A model generated the notes under the pieces. That model was not told where the DNA came from. It did not search any database and worked only from the letters and a program-made list of their open reading frames with translations. The position numbers and the translations under genes were made by a program. Shown one piece after another: positions 10,578 through 21,588 of a stretch of DNA of 42,178 nucleotides. This stretch comes from Psammoneis japonica (Eukaryota), in assembly GCA_008632985.1 (NCBI GenBank), contig QPGO01000051.1, forward strand, positions 310,001 through 352,178. The letters run 5' to 3'. Each line of letters starts with the position of its first letter. Position 1 is the stretch's first letter.

Positions 10578-12786
10578 CGGGGAGTTGCATGAAATGTCAA
10601 AATTTTCGTTTTTCCCTGCAAAAACGCACAGAATGTCAGAGAGACCTGCCTGCACGCGAGTGCCGCCACAGTCTGCACGATGCTGCGAAAGTTTGTGCAC
10701 TTGCCACCAAAACGCTGCTCGCACTTTTTGCCAGGGGACATGCCACAGACACACAACATTGCATTTGGCTGCAGGACAAATCCTGTGTTTTTGGGGCTCT
10801 GTTTGATTTGACAAAATGTCGAAATTCTGTGGAAGGTTTCTCAACAATTGCCTTTTTTCCCAGCCAGTGCTGAGACAAAATGCCCCAGAAATGCAGGTGG
10901 TTGTGTCTTCACCAGACCCCGCCAAAATTTCTCGTTGAGAAGACAACCCACTGGATGGAATGAGAATGTTTAAATGATGTTGCACAGTGCGTGAAAAATG
11001 ACAACCTGCACTCACTCAATTGGGTTGGCATGGTGACATCAAGCACTGAAATGAACAACAAAACGGTGCGACAATCGATGATGACGACACCTTCTATCGG
11101 TGCCTGCCTGTGCGCTCATTTTCTGCTGCACTCAAATTTGTATGTCCACACATACATCATGAGCAGTTGCCATGAGCACATCACGTTGTCACGGCGTTTC
11201 TGCACGCATGATGATGCACATGGCACCGCACGACTGCAAGAGACGCCGTTGAGTTCCCTTCTCGATCCCGAACTCCGATTTGAACCAGTCACGACTGTCC
11301 CAACCTCATCGCTTCGTGCGATGGTACAGATTTCAAATTCAAACCCGCCAAATGGCTCCAACCGCCAAAACCAAAAAAGGCCTCTTGGGGGGGACTGGGG
11401 CTAGAGACTATTTTGGATTATTGTCGTTCAAGATTCCCTTGCATGCCGTTCCAAAAGCGTTCCAAAAGCGTTCCAAAAGCGTTCCGAGAACGTTCTCATG
11501 TGCACCAATTCGCGCGGAAATCAAACTTTGGAGCCGGTCAATTCGCCAATGAGACATGTGATGCATTGCAATTAGTGCGCTGTTGTTAGAACTATTTGAG
11601 CATGGCACAAAAGTGTAAAAGTTTAACAGATCACATGGATTTGTTGCAAAAAGGTACACCCGTCAAAACAGGTTTCTATTTTCTCTAAGAAAAAGAACGG
11701 CTGGTGGAAGTCTCAACAATTTTGAGTTGCAGTGGCCACAAGTTGAACCACAAGGGTGCATTGTAACTGCCAGCATTGTTTGACAACAAACCATGTCTGT
11801 GACAACCGCCAATGGCTCCAACACGGAAATGCCATTCGACGAAATAGGCATTTCGTCATTCCCGTGTTTCCACCATTCCGGGACCGCACCAAAAGCGTTC
11901 CGAAACCGCGCCAAAAGCGTTCCCGAAGGGAATCTCTCTAAAAGGCCCAACATCAAAGCATTGTTTTTAGACGTTGGAAACGAATGAGAACCCTGCCCGA
12001 CAATGCATGGAACCATCAATCCACCTGCGGCAACAAAAACACTGCTGCATGGCAACAGCGCGGTGTCAATCATTTTAGCACAGTGTAAAATGTCAAATGC
12101 GCAACACACGACTGCACTGCTCACCACACAAATGCGCCTGCCCAGAGCCACAGTAGATTGTCTTGCAAGGACAGTCATTCAGAGGCAGACAAGATCGGAA
12201 TGGATTTGGAACCAACAGGTTCGCGTCACACTTGAGCACTTTGCAGGACATGCAGTGGTGTGCGAGTTGTGGGGCCTTCTTCAAGATGAAGGCAACCTTT
12301 CTCATGGGTTCCTGCCCACTCACTTGTTGTGTGCCCTTGTTTTCTGAATCTGCATTGTTCTGAAACCATTTTGCCGGGAATCTGTGGTGGAGCACACGAA
12401 GACACGACAAGAAAATGGTTTTGTGTCGGAACAGAGTTAATTGTAAATCTGGACTTGTTGCGTGCCATCATTCCAATCTCTTTTTGAAAATCAACGTACT
12501 GGCATTAGCTTCACCATCTTGTCATCTTAGATTGACTGGTGACACAGGTTTGTGGATGACAATGGCATGCACGGTGACGGTGGACGGCACTGACTTTCGC
12601 TTCGCATCAACGAACCATCGCCGCGTTCGCCGTTCGACCCCATCTTCTACCTGGTGTCTGGTGTTCGCACAGCCCAAAATGCAACATTTTGGGGGATGTG
12701 TAAAATGAATTGTCGTCACGAAAAAACACGAAAAACCACGAAAAACAGGGAAAAACGAAAATTTCGACATTTCATGCAACTCCCGG
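10578..12786. mobile_element. Non-autonomous TIR DNA transposon (~2.2 kb), probably Tc1/mariner-like with a mutated TA target duplication
   Basis: 39-bp TIR GGGAGTTGCATGAAATGTC(A/G)AAATTTTCGTTTTTCCCTG at 10580-10618 and inverted at 12746-12784. CA flanks both ends (10576-77, 12787-88), as expected for a TA TSD after TA->CA change. Confidence 0.75.
11447..11485 (+). repeat. Minisatellite (CGTTCCAAAAG) x3.5
   Basis: Three exact 11-bp units plus a partial unit; CAAAAGCGTTCC recurs twice at ~11890-11925. Confidence 0.9.
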
Positions 12787-13229
12787 CATCCAGCATGCAG
12801 CGGTTCAGCAATTTGGCAAACACCGACAATTCATGCCAAGCTTTCAGCCAGCATGTCTGCAACATGTTCTTTGTGCTTGACAAGAAGAAGATCCACATGT
12901 TGACGCGACGAACAAATTTTTTGTGCCTGTGGTTTTGCACTCTCCACAGATGCCAAAATTTTTCAAAAGCCAGCCAAGGCAGTCACTGCAGCTGTGACTC
13001 CAAACAGTGCTCTGATGCTGGTTCATTTTCCAGTGTTGCCAAGAACAAAGCCATCATCATTTGAGGTTCTTGACAGTCAAATTTTTCAGCAGCCATGGGG
13101 GTCTTCCATGTTTTTTTTCTGTTGTGCTCTTTGTCTCTTTGTTGCACTGGGCACCACCACACAACTCAGCCAGCACCAAGATCTGTTGTTTGCGTGTGGT
13201 TTGCTCCTCTGTTGCAACTTGATGTTCAA

Positions 13230-16200
13230 TGAAAAGAGGCTCTCTCTTCAAAACAAACTTCTCACTGAACCAGCCCCTTTTGACAGTGTGCAAAGCCGCG
13301 AGCTTGGGTCCTTTCCTTCTGCCCAGCTTGGCTTGGCTTGCACAATTTTGACAAATTCCAACAGCAGCTCAACTCCAACATCAACTCAGATTGCTGTTGT
13401 GAGTCCATCTTCACTTCATTCAATGCCGCTTTGAAGCTGCAGATTGACAACAAGCATGCTGCAAACACTTTTTGGGGTGTCAAGTTGTCTGGGCTGATGG
13501 CCCATGCTTGCACATTGCACTCCATTTTGGCCACAGCAGCAGATTTCTGCTGGCAAACACCAAATTGTCTCCACTCTTTGCACAGCTCTTTCTTGCCCTT
13601 GCTCTGAAAATGCATCTTCTTTTCTTTGTCTCTTGCTGCAGAAGATTGCACAGAGGGTTTTTTGTGTGTCACGCTTGTCCAAGTGCTGGTGCCAATTTGC
13701 TTGTTGGCTTTGTGCGAAGGCCAATGTGGACAATTGAAGCCACATTGCAACAACTGCAAAAACACAAGATGTGCCCAAGAGCAGCAGCACATGAGCAATG
13801 ACAACATTGCAGAAAAAGACATCAACAACACCCGCAGGACTCGGCGCACACCAGCAAAGTCAAAAAAGCCACAGGAAAGGCAAGAGGTCAGAAGTGTGAC
13901 ATGGGAGCAAGCAGCTTGGAGCAAACAATGACAAACACTGGCACTTTCCTTTCACAAATTGACAAAAACAAAAAAAGACAAGAAACAAAGTGCCACAACA
14001 TTGTGCACACAGGCGAGCAAAAATGGAGGCATTGTGCCACACTTGCCAAAGAAAATGCAACAAACTGACAACTTCTCCACTGTCTTCTGCCAGGAATGTT
14101 GAAGACGCGTTCCAGGTCTAGGTGGGACCTCGTACTACTGAACTGTGACATCGATAGTTTTTTGAATCACGTCGTATGTCGCGCACGTAGATTTCTACGT
14201 GATTTTTTCGATATTTTGTGTCGTTTTACGGTACACTTATTGAGCGATCCGTCAAAAAACTTTTGACATTTTTTGTTACAGCGCGATTCTATAATGTCTT
14301 AAGAGTCGCGTAGGGCAGGCGCATTTGCAAAAACGTCGAGTGGCAAGAGGCATAATTGTACCAAAAACTTGGCCGTTTATTTGATGTTGAAGATAAACAT
14401 ATCCAGTAATTAAATTCTCGTACTACGGAGCTCGCACGTAGAATTCTACGGGCCCAATGTCACACGGAGTCCCACCTAGGACTGGAACCCGTCTGAAACA
14501 CAAAAGATTGGAACACAATGCAGTGCCAGCACAGCCAAGAGATCGCCAAGACGCAAGGCAGCCAAGTTCAAAACAAATCTGATCAACAGCCCAAGCACTG
14601 TGAGACCAAATTTCCTTGAGTCTGGTCTCATCCCACTTTGCCAATTTGGGCAATTGTTGAAGTTGATTTGCTCAAAATGAAAGAGCACTCAACAAAAACA
14701 CAGGCTTTTCATTGAGCAAATTTCAACTCTGAACACAAGCAACCACATTTTCCAGATGAGGAAGGCAATGGCACAGATGAGAATTTGCCCCAGCTGCAGA
14801 TGCAGGTCAGCCAGTGACTGCACAAAAAGAGCTCCAAATGTCTTGCACATGTTTTGAACAGAAAAAGTGCAGGAAGAGCCCTTCAAGACACCCTTGTGGA
14901 GCACAAGCAATTTTTGCTGGTCAAGGGCATGCTGCCTTAAAATTTGACATGTCTCACAAGTCATTGTGTGCACAGTGAAAAATGCACATGTTGTGAGCCA
15001 ATTTTGGACAACCAAGTTTGTGGCTGTGCCAAAAGCATCAGATGGGTCAGCTTCATTCAGCAGCTCAATGAGGCCAGGGCCAAGATTGATTGTGTGCGTG
15101 ACAATGGCGCGCCCCTCTGTTGCAACCCACCGTGCCATTCTTGCTGCATGGTGAGCCGACTGACAACAACAATGAAGAAAAGATGCTCTCTTTTCAAAAC
15201 AAACTTCTCATTGAATTGCTCCCTTTTGACAGACAACAAAGCTGCAAGCTTGAGTCCTTTCCTTCCATGATCCAGTGTTGGCTTTCACAATTTTGACAAG
15301 CCCCAACATTGGCCCAGGTTTTGCTGCTGTGGGTCAAGAATCTGCACTTCATTCAGTGCCACTTTGAAGTTGCGGATTGACAACAAGCACTCCATTTTGG
15401 TCATGATGGCCGCAGATTTCTTCTGGCAAACACCAAAAATCATGGCCGCTGTCTGTGCAGCTCTTCCTTGTTGCTGCTGTGAGAATGCACCAGCTTTGTC
15501 TCTTGCTGTAGAAAATTGCAGCAGAGGGCTTTTTGTGTGCCATGCTTGTTTGAGTGCTGGCGCCGACTGGCTTGCTGGCTTTGTGCAAAAGTCAACATGG
15601 ACAATTGAAGCCACATTGCAACAACTGCATCATTGGTGAGATTGGCCACAAAGACTCACTTGTGACAACTCGCGGCAGGAAAGCTTGGCGAGGTTTCAAG
15701 CCTCTAAAAATTCTTGTGCAGCACGCAGCCAGCCAACAAAGCCCAGTTTCACATTTCCAACTCACACCTCAGCCAATCCTCCCATGAGATCCGCTCTTGC
15801 ATGAGCTTTGCATCAGGATGAAATGGAGGATGGCTCATTGTTTTTGTCACAGAGTTCTTTGATGTTGCCAACAAAAAGAAGCTTGTTTCAAAAATGCTGC
15901 TGCAAATTTCTCCTCTCTCCTTGAGCCATTTTGCCACTGCAAAACAACTCTCTGCATTTCAGGCACTCCCAATGCATTGCTTTTTGAAGTTTTGCTCATG
16001 GATCCAAAATGCCATCCTTTGGCAACCAAACCTTTGGGTGTGAGCAACTCTTTGCTGTTGGGAACAAGGTGACATGGAGCCACAATGCTGCAAGATCAAC
16101 TTTGCAATGCCCAGCTGCAGTTCTCAAGGTGTTGCCTGGGGGACCAACAGACACAGCCAGAGTCTTCAGCTTGCTGTTGTCAGGTTGGCTGGCACTGCTG

Positions 16201-17310
16201 TGGGGTCTTTCACTCTGGAGTTTGGAAGTTCAAGTCTGCTGCTGTTGGGCACAACATGACATGTGTGGCCACAATGCCACAAGCCACAAGATCAACCTTG
16301 AAACAAACCCCCAAACTTCAAATGCGAGTGTGACAAAAGGCTTTTTTTGCAAAAACTGACTGCTTCCAAGGACGTGGGCAATGATTGCCAGGACAGCTGG
16401 CATGGCTCCATGGAAAAAAGGTGCGCAATTCTCACACAAAGCAATGCAAAAACACAGCATGAATCCAAGCAGCACACAAACAATGACAACATGACAGGAA
16501 CACATCAATGACACCCAGGACTCTGCACACACCAATGCAGAAAAGCCACAGGAAAGTCAAGAGGACAAAATTGTGGCATGAGAGCAAGCAGCTTGCAGCA
16601 AACAGCAACAAACTGATGCTTTTTTTTCATGCTTTTTTTGTTTCTTAAAGCTCAGACAAGTTGACAAAAACAAACAAAAACAAGAAATAAAGTGCAGCAA
16701 CATTGCACTCAGGTGAGCAGAAAAAGCAGTGTTGCAGCACCCACTCTTGCTGAAGAAAATGCACCAAACTGACAAGTTCTCTGCTGTCTTCTGCCAGGAG
16801 GGACATTGCTGTCATGTTTTGCAATGAAAAGCCATCACAAAAACCAACTCTTGTTGAAACACAAAAGATTGGAACATGGTGCAATGTGCCAGCACAGCCA
16901 AGAACACCAAGACGCAAGACAGCCAAGTTCAAGACAAATCTCAACCATGGCCCAAAAGCTCTGCCAAGCTGCCTTTTCTCATGAAGCCAGGTCTCCCACT
17001 TTGCCAATTCAGCGAATTGTCAAAGTCAATTTGTTCACAATGAAGGAGCAAGGTCAACAACCAGAGCACATGTTTTTCATTGAGCAAATCTCAATTTTGA
17101 ACAAGAGCAACAACCAAGTTTTCCAAATGAGAAAGAGGCAATGACACCACAGATGAGATTTGATCAAAAGCCCAGCAAGACACCCTTGCAGGGCACAAGC
17201 CAAGTTGTTGTGTGTTCAGCAAAAAATTCACATGTTGTGAGCCAATTTTGGAGCAAGTTTTCAGCTGTGCCAAGAGTGCTGGAGGGGTCGGTTTTGCTCA
17301 ATGGCTTGAT
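13230..17310. repeat. Two diverged tandem copies of a ~1.5-kb TE-derived unit (~13230-15075 and ~15175-17310), each with its own insertion
   Basis: Collinear shared blocks: TTCAAAACAAACTTCTCA (13245/15193), CACAGGAAAG.CAAGAGG (13870/16547), CTGTCTTCTGCCAGGA (14080/16784), GAAACACAAAAGATTGGAACA (14495/16856) and CACATGTTGTGAGCCAATTTTGGA (14986/17229). Confidence 0.8.
14104..14493. mobile_element. MITE, ~30-bp TIRs, 4-bp TSD TGAA
   Basis: GACGCGTTCCAGGTCTAGGTGGGACCTCGT matches the inverse of ACGGAGTCCCACCTAGGACTGGAACCCGTC. TGAA flanks both ends (14100-03, 14494-97), and the paralogous copy at ~16853 shows the empty site GTTGAAACAC. Confidence 0.9.
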
Positions 17311-17419
17311 GAAGAGAACAGAGTTTTAACCTCCACTTGCATGGCAGCAGCCAAGTCAAGTGAAAGCTCATCAGCAGGTCAGACCAGCAAGCTGTTTGCA
17401 TGACTTCTGCCCAAGGCAG

Positions 17420-18640
17420 GCATCAGAGACTCTGGTCACAACCAGAAAATGCTGCTCTTGTGTTTGCCGCACAAAGCACTGCACATCTCTGGGTGCTTGC
17501 AGGCTGACAGAAGCCTTGGTTTTGAGTGCTGCAGGCACAAAGTGCACTTCTGGATGTGGCGCTGACTGAAGCCTTGGCTTTGAGTGTTGTGGGCAAAAAG
17601 CCTGCTTTTTCCAGCTGTGTGCAGAGCTTTGGGGCAGGTGAGCTCTTGTGTGTGAGCAGATTTTCTTGGCGCAAACTGTGAGAAAAGCTCTTTTGCAGAG
17701 CAGGAGAGTCACTTTGAATGTCAGCGAGAAGCTCTTGGGGCACGTGAAGTTTTGCAGCATGTCAGAGTTCTGAGTGGATGGAGTCAGTGGGCAGCTGTTT
17801 TTGAAGCGACATGGCAGGAAAAGACGTTGGCTGCAAGATCTTTGCCACATGACAGTTTTGCAGCCAGAGGCTGTCTTGTTGGTTCAAAGCTCCCAAAAAC
17901 TCCACAAGCACCCACCAGAGATGCTGCACTCCTCCACACAGCTGGCATTGTCGTGCTGCTGCAACAACTCTGGCAACTTGACAGTGTGAGACCATGCAAC
18001 AAGCCACAAGCAAAAAACAAAAAACAAGAAACGGTTGCCAGAGAGCAGCCAAGAGGCGCTGCAGCGACCCTGACGAGCTGCTAAAAAGTGTTCACTCATC
18101 TCACTTTTGCTCAAACCCCAAGTCAACTGCTGAGTCAATTTTGACATCTGCTGCTCTTTTAGCAGGAAGCTCTCTTTTCCTTGTCAATCTCTTTCAAAAC
18201 AACCTTTGGCACAAGAGCCATCCCTGTTGAAGCTTCAACTTGACATGGTCTTTTGTTGCTTGATCTCACCACTGGCATTGGAACACATCACTGGCCTCAA
18301 CTCTGGCATGCTGGTCATGGCAATGTTGCTTGCTTTCTGCTTGTGCTTGCATTTCCATCATCTCCTCCTTGGGCCCAGCTGTTGCACGCCTCGCCAGGCC
18401 CAGCCATGGCGCGAGACACTCTCTGGTCACAACCAACAGTTGTTCATGCTTGCCACCACATTGAACATGCTTCTGGGTGTGGGCTGGCTGTGTTTTGTTG
18501 TGATTTTTTAAGTGCTGCAGCAAAGCATGCTCCTTCTGGGTGTGAGCAGAGCTTTTTTGCAGAGCGGGAGTTGTTTTGAACATGAGTGAGGAGTTTTTGG
18601 GGTGGGTGAAGTTTTGCACATGGGAATTCTGAGTGGGAAG
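17420..18640. repeat. Second pair of diverged direct repeats (~17420-17780 and ~18415-18640)
   Basis: Shared CTCTGGTCACAACCA, TTTTGCAGAGC, GTGAAGTTTTGCA and TTCTGAGTGG in the same order. Confidence 0.6.
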
Positions 18641-18915
18641 GAGGAGTGGGCAGCGGCCTTTGAAGGACCAGGGACAGGGGAGGACATTGTCGGACCTTCA
18701 CTGCGGTGGTTCTGCAACCTGAGACTTGTCTGAGTGCCCAGTCTCTAGAAACTCCACGAGTGCCCAGAGATTTTGCACCCTGCATAGAGCACGGCAATGC
18801 TGCAACTCTGGCAGCCTGACACACAAGCTACAAAACAACAAATGGGTCACTAGCGAGATATAAAGTTGCACTACAACAACCTAAACACATCACTGGAAAG
18901 CGGTTCACCAGTCAC

Positions 18916-19756
18916 TTATTGTGACTCAAATCTTGAATCAATCGAGTCGATTCCAACGTCTATCTCTCCTTCCATGGGAAATCCTTTTCCTTGTCCATCT
19001 TTTTTCCCGAGCAATGCAATGGATGCCATATGTGCCAGACAATAAAGAATCGCTTTTGGGGCAAGCTGTCCCTGTGAAAGCTTCAACTCGGGATAGTCTT
19101 GTTGTTTGATCTTGCCATTGACGTTGAAACACACGATTGGTTTCAACTCCGGCATGCTGCTGTTTTCGTCATTCAAGTTTTTTGTATAAATCAAGGTGAC
19201 GCCTGTTCCCATTATGCTTATTGCCATGGGCGTTGCACAGCAAGTTGAATAGATGCGGCGGTTCTCGGTGTTCTTGGATAGTTTCATTGATCGAATCAAA
19301 TCCGCGCCAGAAGTGAGCTCAATTTCCGAGTCTAGCAAAACCAAGGTTTCGATTCCGGGAGAAAGCAATCTGTTGTTGTTTGAAGCGGAATGCGATTGAA
19401 CCTTTGATAGAAATGATGAAAATAAAACAAAATAGATTTAGCCACACAAACGTGAAAAGAACTCTCATTAACGTAGATACCCGGTTTGTGCGTTGGTCTT
19501 ATACCTTGTTCACAAAATCGACGCAATCATTGCATAAGCACTGAAAGGAAGGGATCTCAATGTACCTATAATTAGCAGGTGGAATAGAGATATTGGCCTG
19601 AACCTTTCCACATTCACATGAATACTTTGCACACCGCGTTGGTTCGTCGTCGAACGATTTTCTTCTCTGGAAAAAAATCGCAGAAGCTGCCACCAACGCA
19701 ACAGCGACCGCAGTAGACGGCACAATAGCAACGCTATTTCTAGCAGAGAAGGGCAT
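18916..19756 (-). CDS. DUF6151 / GFA (CENP-V)-like zinc-binding protein with N-terminal hydrophobic anchor; 2 exons (19756-19505, 19401-18916)
   Basis: Motifs CECGKV, CLCNDC and RRIYSTCCATPM. A GT-AG intron at 19504-19402 (103 nt) restores a 245-aa frame. Confidence 0.8.
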
Positions 19757-19945
19757 TGCTCATCTACCTTCTATGTTCGAATATCCGCCAAGACTGAAGC
19801 GATGCAGCGCCGCAAAGTTCGCCATAGTATCGCTCATATTTCTGCGATGTTCGTCAGTTTACCGGCGGGACATAACGGGGGAACAATTTGGTCGAAAGTA
19901 ACCCCCTCATGCAATGCAGCCCTTTGTCAGACTTGGAATGTATGA

Positions 19946-19972
19946 GTAGAATTTAGGTCGAGTAAATTCTAC
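19946..19972. promoter_or_regulatory. Perfect 10-bp inverted repeat (GTAGAATTTA-N7-TAAATTCTAC) in a divergent promoter
   Basis: Lies in the 366-bp spacer between two head-to-head genes; the arms resemble half-sites of the recurring palindrome. Confidence 0.4.
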
Positions 19973-20122
19973 GGAAGAAAATCCGGAATTTCTTGCTCCC
20001 CGACATGCAATCATCGGCTTGAGGCTTGCCGAAACAGCAATGCGATAGACTCTAATAGCTATCAGAGTAGCAACTGAATCTGAAGAGCAACCCCCAAAAG
20101 AGGTGTACGACTGAAGCATCAG

Positions 20123-21085
20123 ATGGCAACAGAAGTTAGAAAGGAAGCAGATGGGACGCCTCCACTTGCAGCGGTAGCTTTGCTGGGAGTGATGTCTGCT
20201 GTGTTTGTAAAGACGCTACCCAATTGGAAGTCGCTCGATGAGATTGCGACTGTGGAAACCTTTACGAATCGAGTGTTTGATGACATACTATCTCTACCAA
20301 CTCTGACGTGGATACGTACAGTGATTGCCATCTTTATGTTGACCTTGCAAGTTCGGGAAGTGTTTTTCCGACCCGGCTGGGATCAGGCCACAAATTACTT
20401 GCCCAAGTCCAAGTGCAAAAAAGCTTTAATACCCATGCATGGCTTTCGGACGATGATGCCATTCACAAGTTGGGCGTGGAATATATTAACAGCTTCCTTT
20501 GGAATCAACGCCATGATTTGTCACTGCATCCTTCAGGAGCAAAACATACCTCGTTGGATGCTGCGACTTGCTGTAGTGCTGTTTGAAATTGCTGCTCCAA
20601 CAAGTCTCTTGGTGTCCATGGTTGTTCGATACGGAATATGGACAAACATGCTTCGGTGCAAGGTAGACACGTCTCCGCTAAAGACTGTGCGGACCTTGCT
20701 ATGGCATAATGCCAACGTAGTGCTTTCTCTTTCAGAGGTTGGCTTGTTGGGTGGCCTCCCGGTGCGATCGTCAGACTTTTCTGTAGCACCGCTCTTTGGT
20801 GTTTGTTACGTTGCGTTTACTTGGAGCATGATACATAGATGGATACCAGGGGGTGGACCGCATTTTCTCTATTACTTTTTCGATACAACATTGGGTCCCA
20901 AAACATGCTGCACAGTCTTGCTGACCCTACTGTGCGTATTGACCTTTTTCTATGCCTTGTTCACCGTGGCAGAGTATGCATTTGAACACGTCGGTGCGCA
21001 TGTGGAGCAACAACTATTAGGCATGGTGATTCATAGCATGATGCTTCTACTGGTATGTTGCTGCGTTTGTCGTTTCCGAGACTAA
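20123..21085 (+). CDS. Multi-pass membrane protein, FAR-17a/AIG1 (rolling stone)-like
   Basis: FTSWAW, LWHNAN and FLYYFFD motifs, about 7 hydrophobic segments, intronless 320 aa. Confidence 0.7.
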   Translation: MATEVRKEADGTPPLAAVALLGVMSAVFVKTLPNWKSLDEIATVETFTNRVFDDILSLPTLTWIRTVIAIFMLTLQVREVFFRPGWDQATNYLPKSKCKKALIPMHGFRTMMPFTSWAWNILTASFGINAMICHCILQEQNIPRWMLRLAVVLFEIAAPTSLLVSMVVRYGIWTNMLRCKVDTSPLKTVRTLLWHNANVVLSLSEVGLLGGLPVRSSDFSVAPLFGVCYVAFTWSMIHRWIPGGGPHFLYYFFDTTLGPKTCCTVLLTLLCVLTFFYALFTVAEYAFEHVGAHVEQQLLGMVIHSMMLLLVCCCVCRFRD

Positions 21086-21588
21086 GGATTGAAGGGTAGA
21101 GTAGGACAAACGAAAGGCGACGAAGCGACAATTCAAAAAACGACGTTGAAAAACAAGATAAGCCCTTTTTTGAATGTAAACCCAGGAAAGTCGAATACTA
21201 GACCACATATACCTCCGATATGCTCGATTGGATTCACTCCGCCTCGATACAGTAGGGGTCACGTGGAAATAATGTACAATAACTAAGTTTCTACTTTGGC
21301 ATGCCTATCTTTTTAATTGAGGCGTTGTCAAGTTTGATTAGGTGCTACTATGAAAGATGTAAGCCACCATCAACTTCAATTGCACCTCCGTCTATTGATT
21401 GTGTCCGTCTATCCAGCATCATGAACAAATGGATTTTGTATGGATATGAATTAGCAAGCAGCGGTAGGGTAGGTGTGGTCATGCGAGAATCCTAGACGCA
21501 ATTAGTCTTGTCTCGCTGCGACTCGCCAGCTTTACAGTTCATTATTTTTCACTGCGTAGCAATCCTCAGGTCAGCTGAGCTACTCTTT

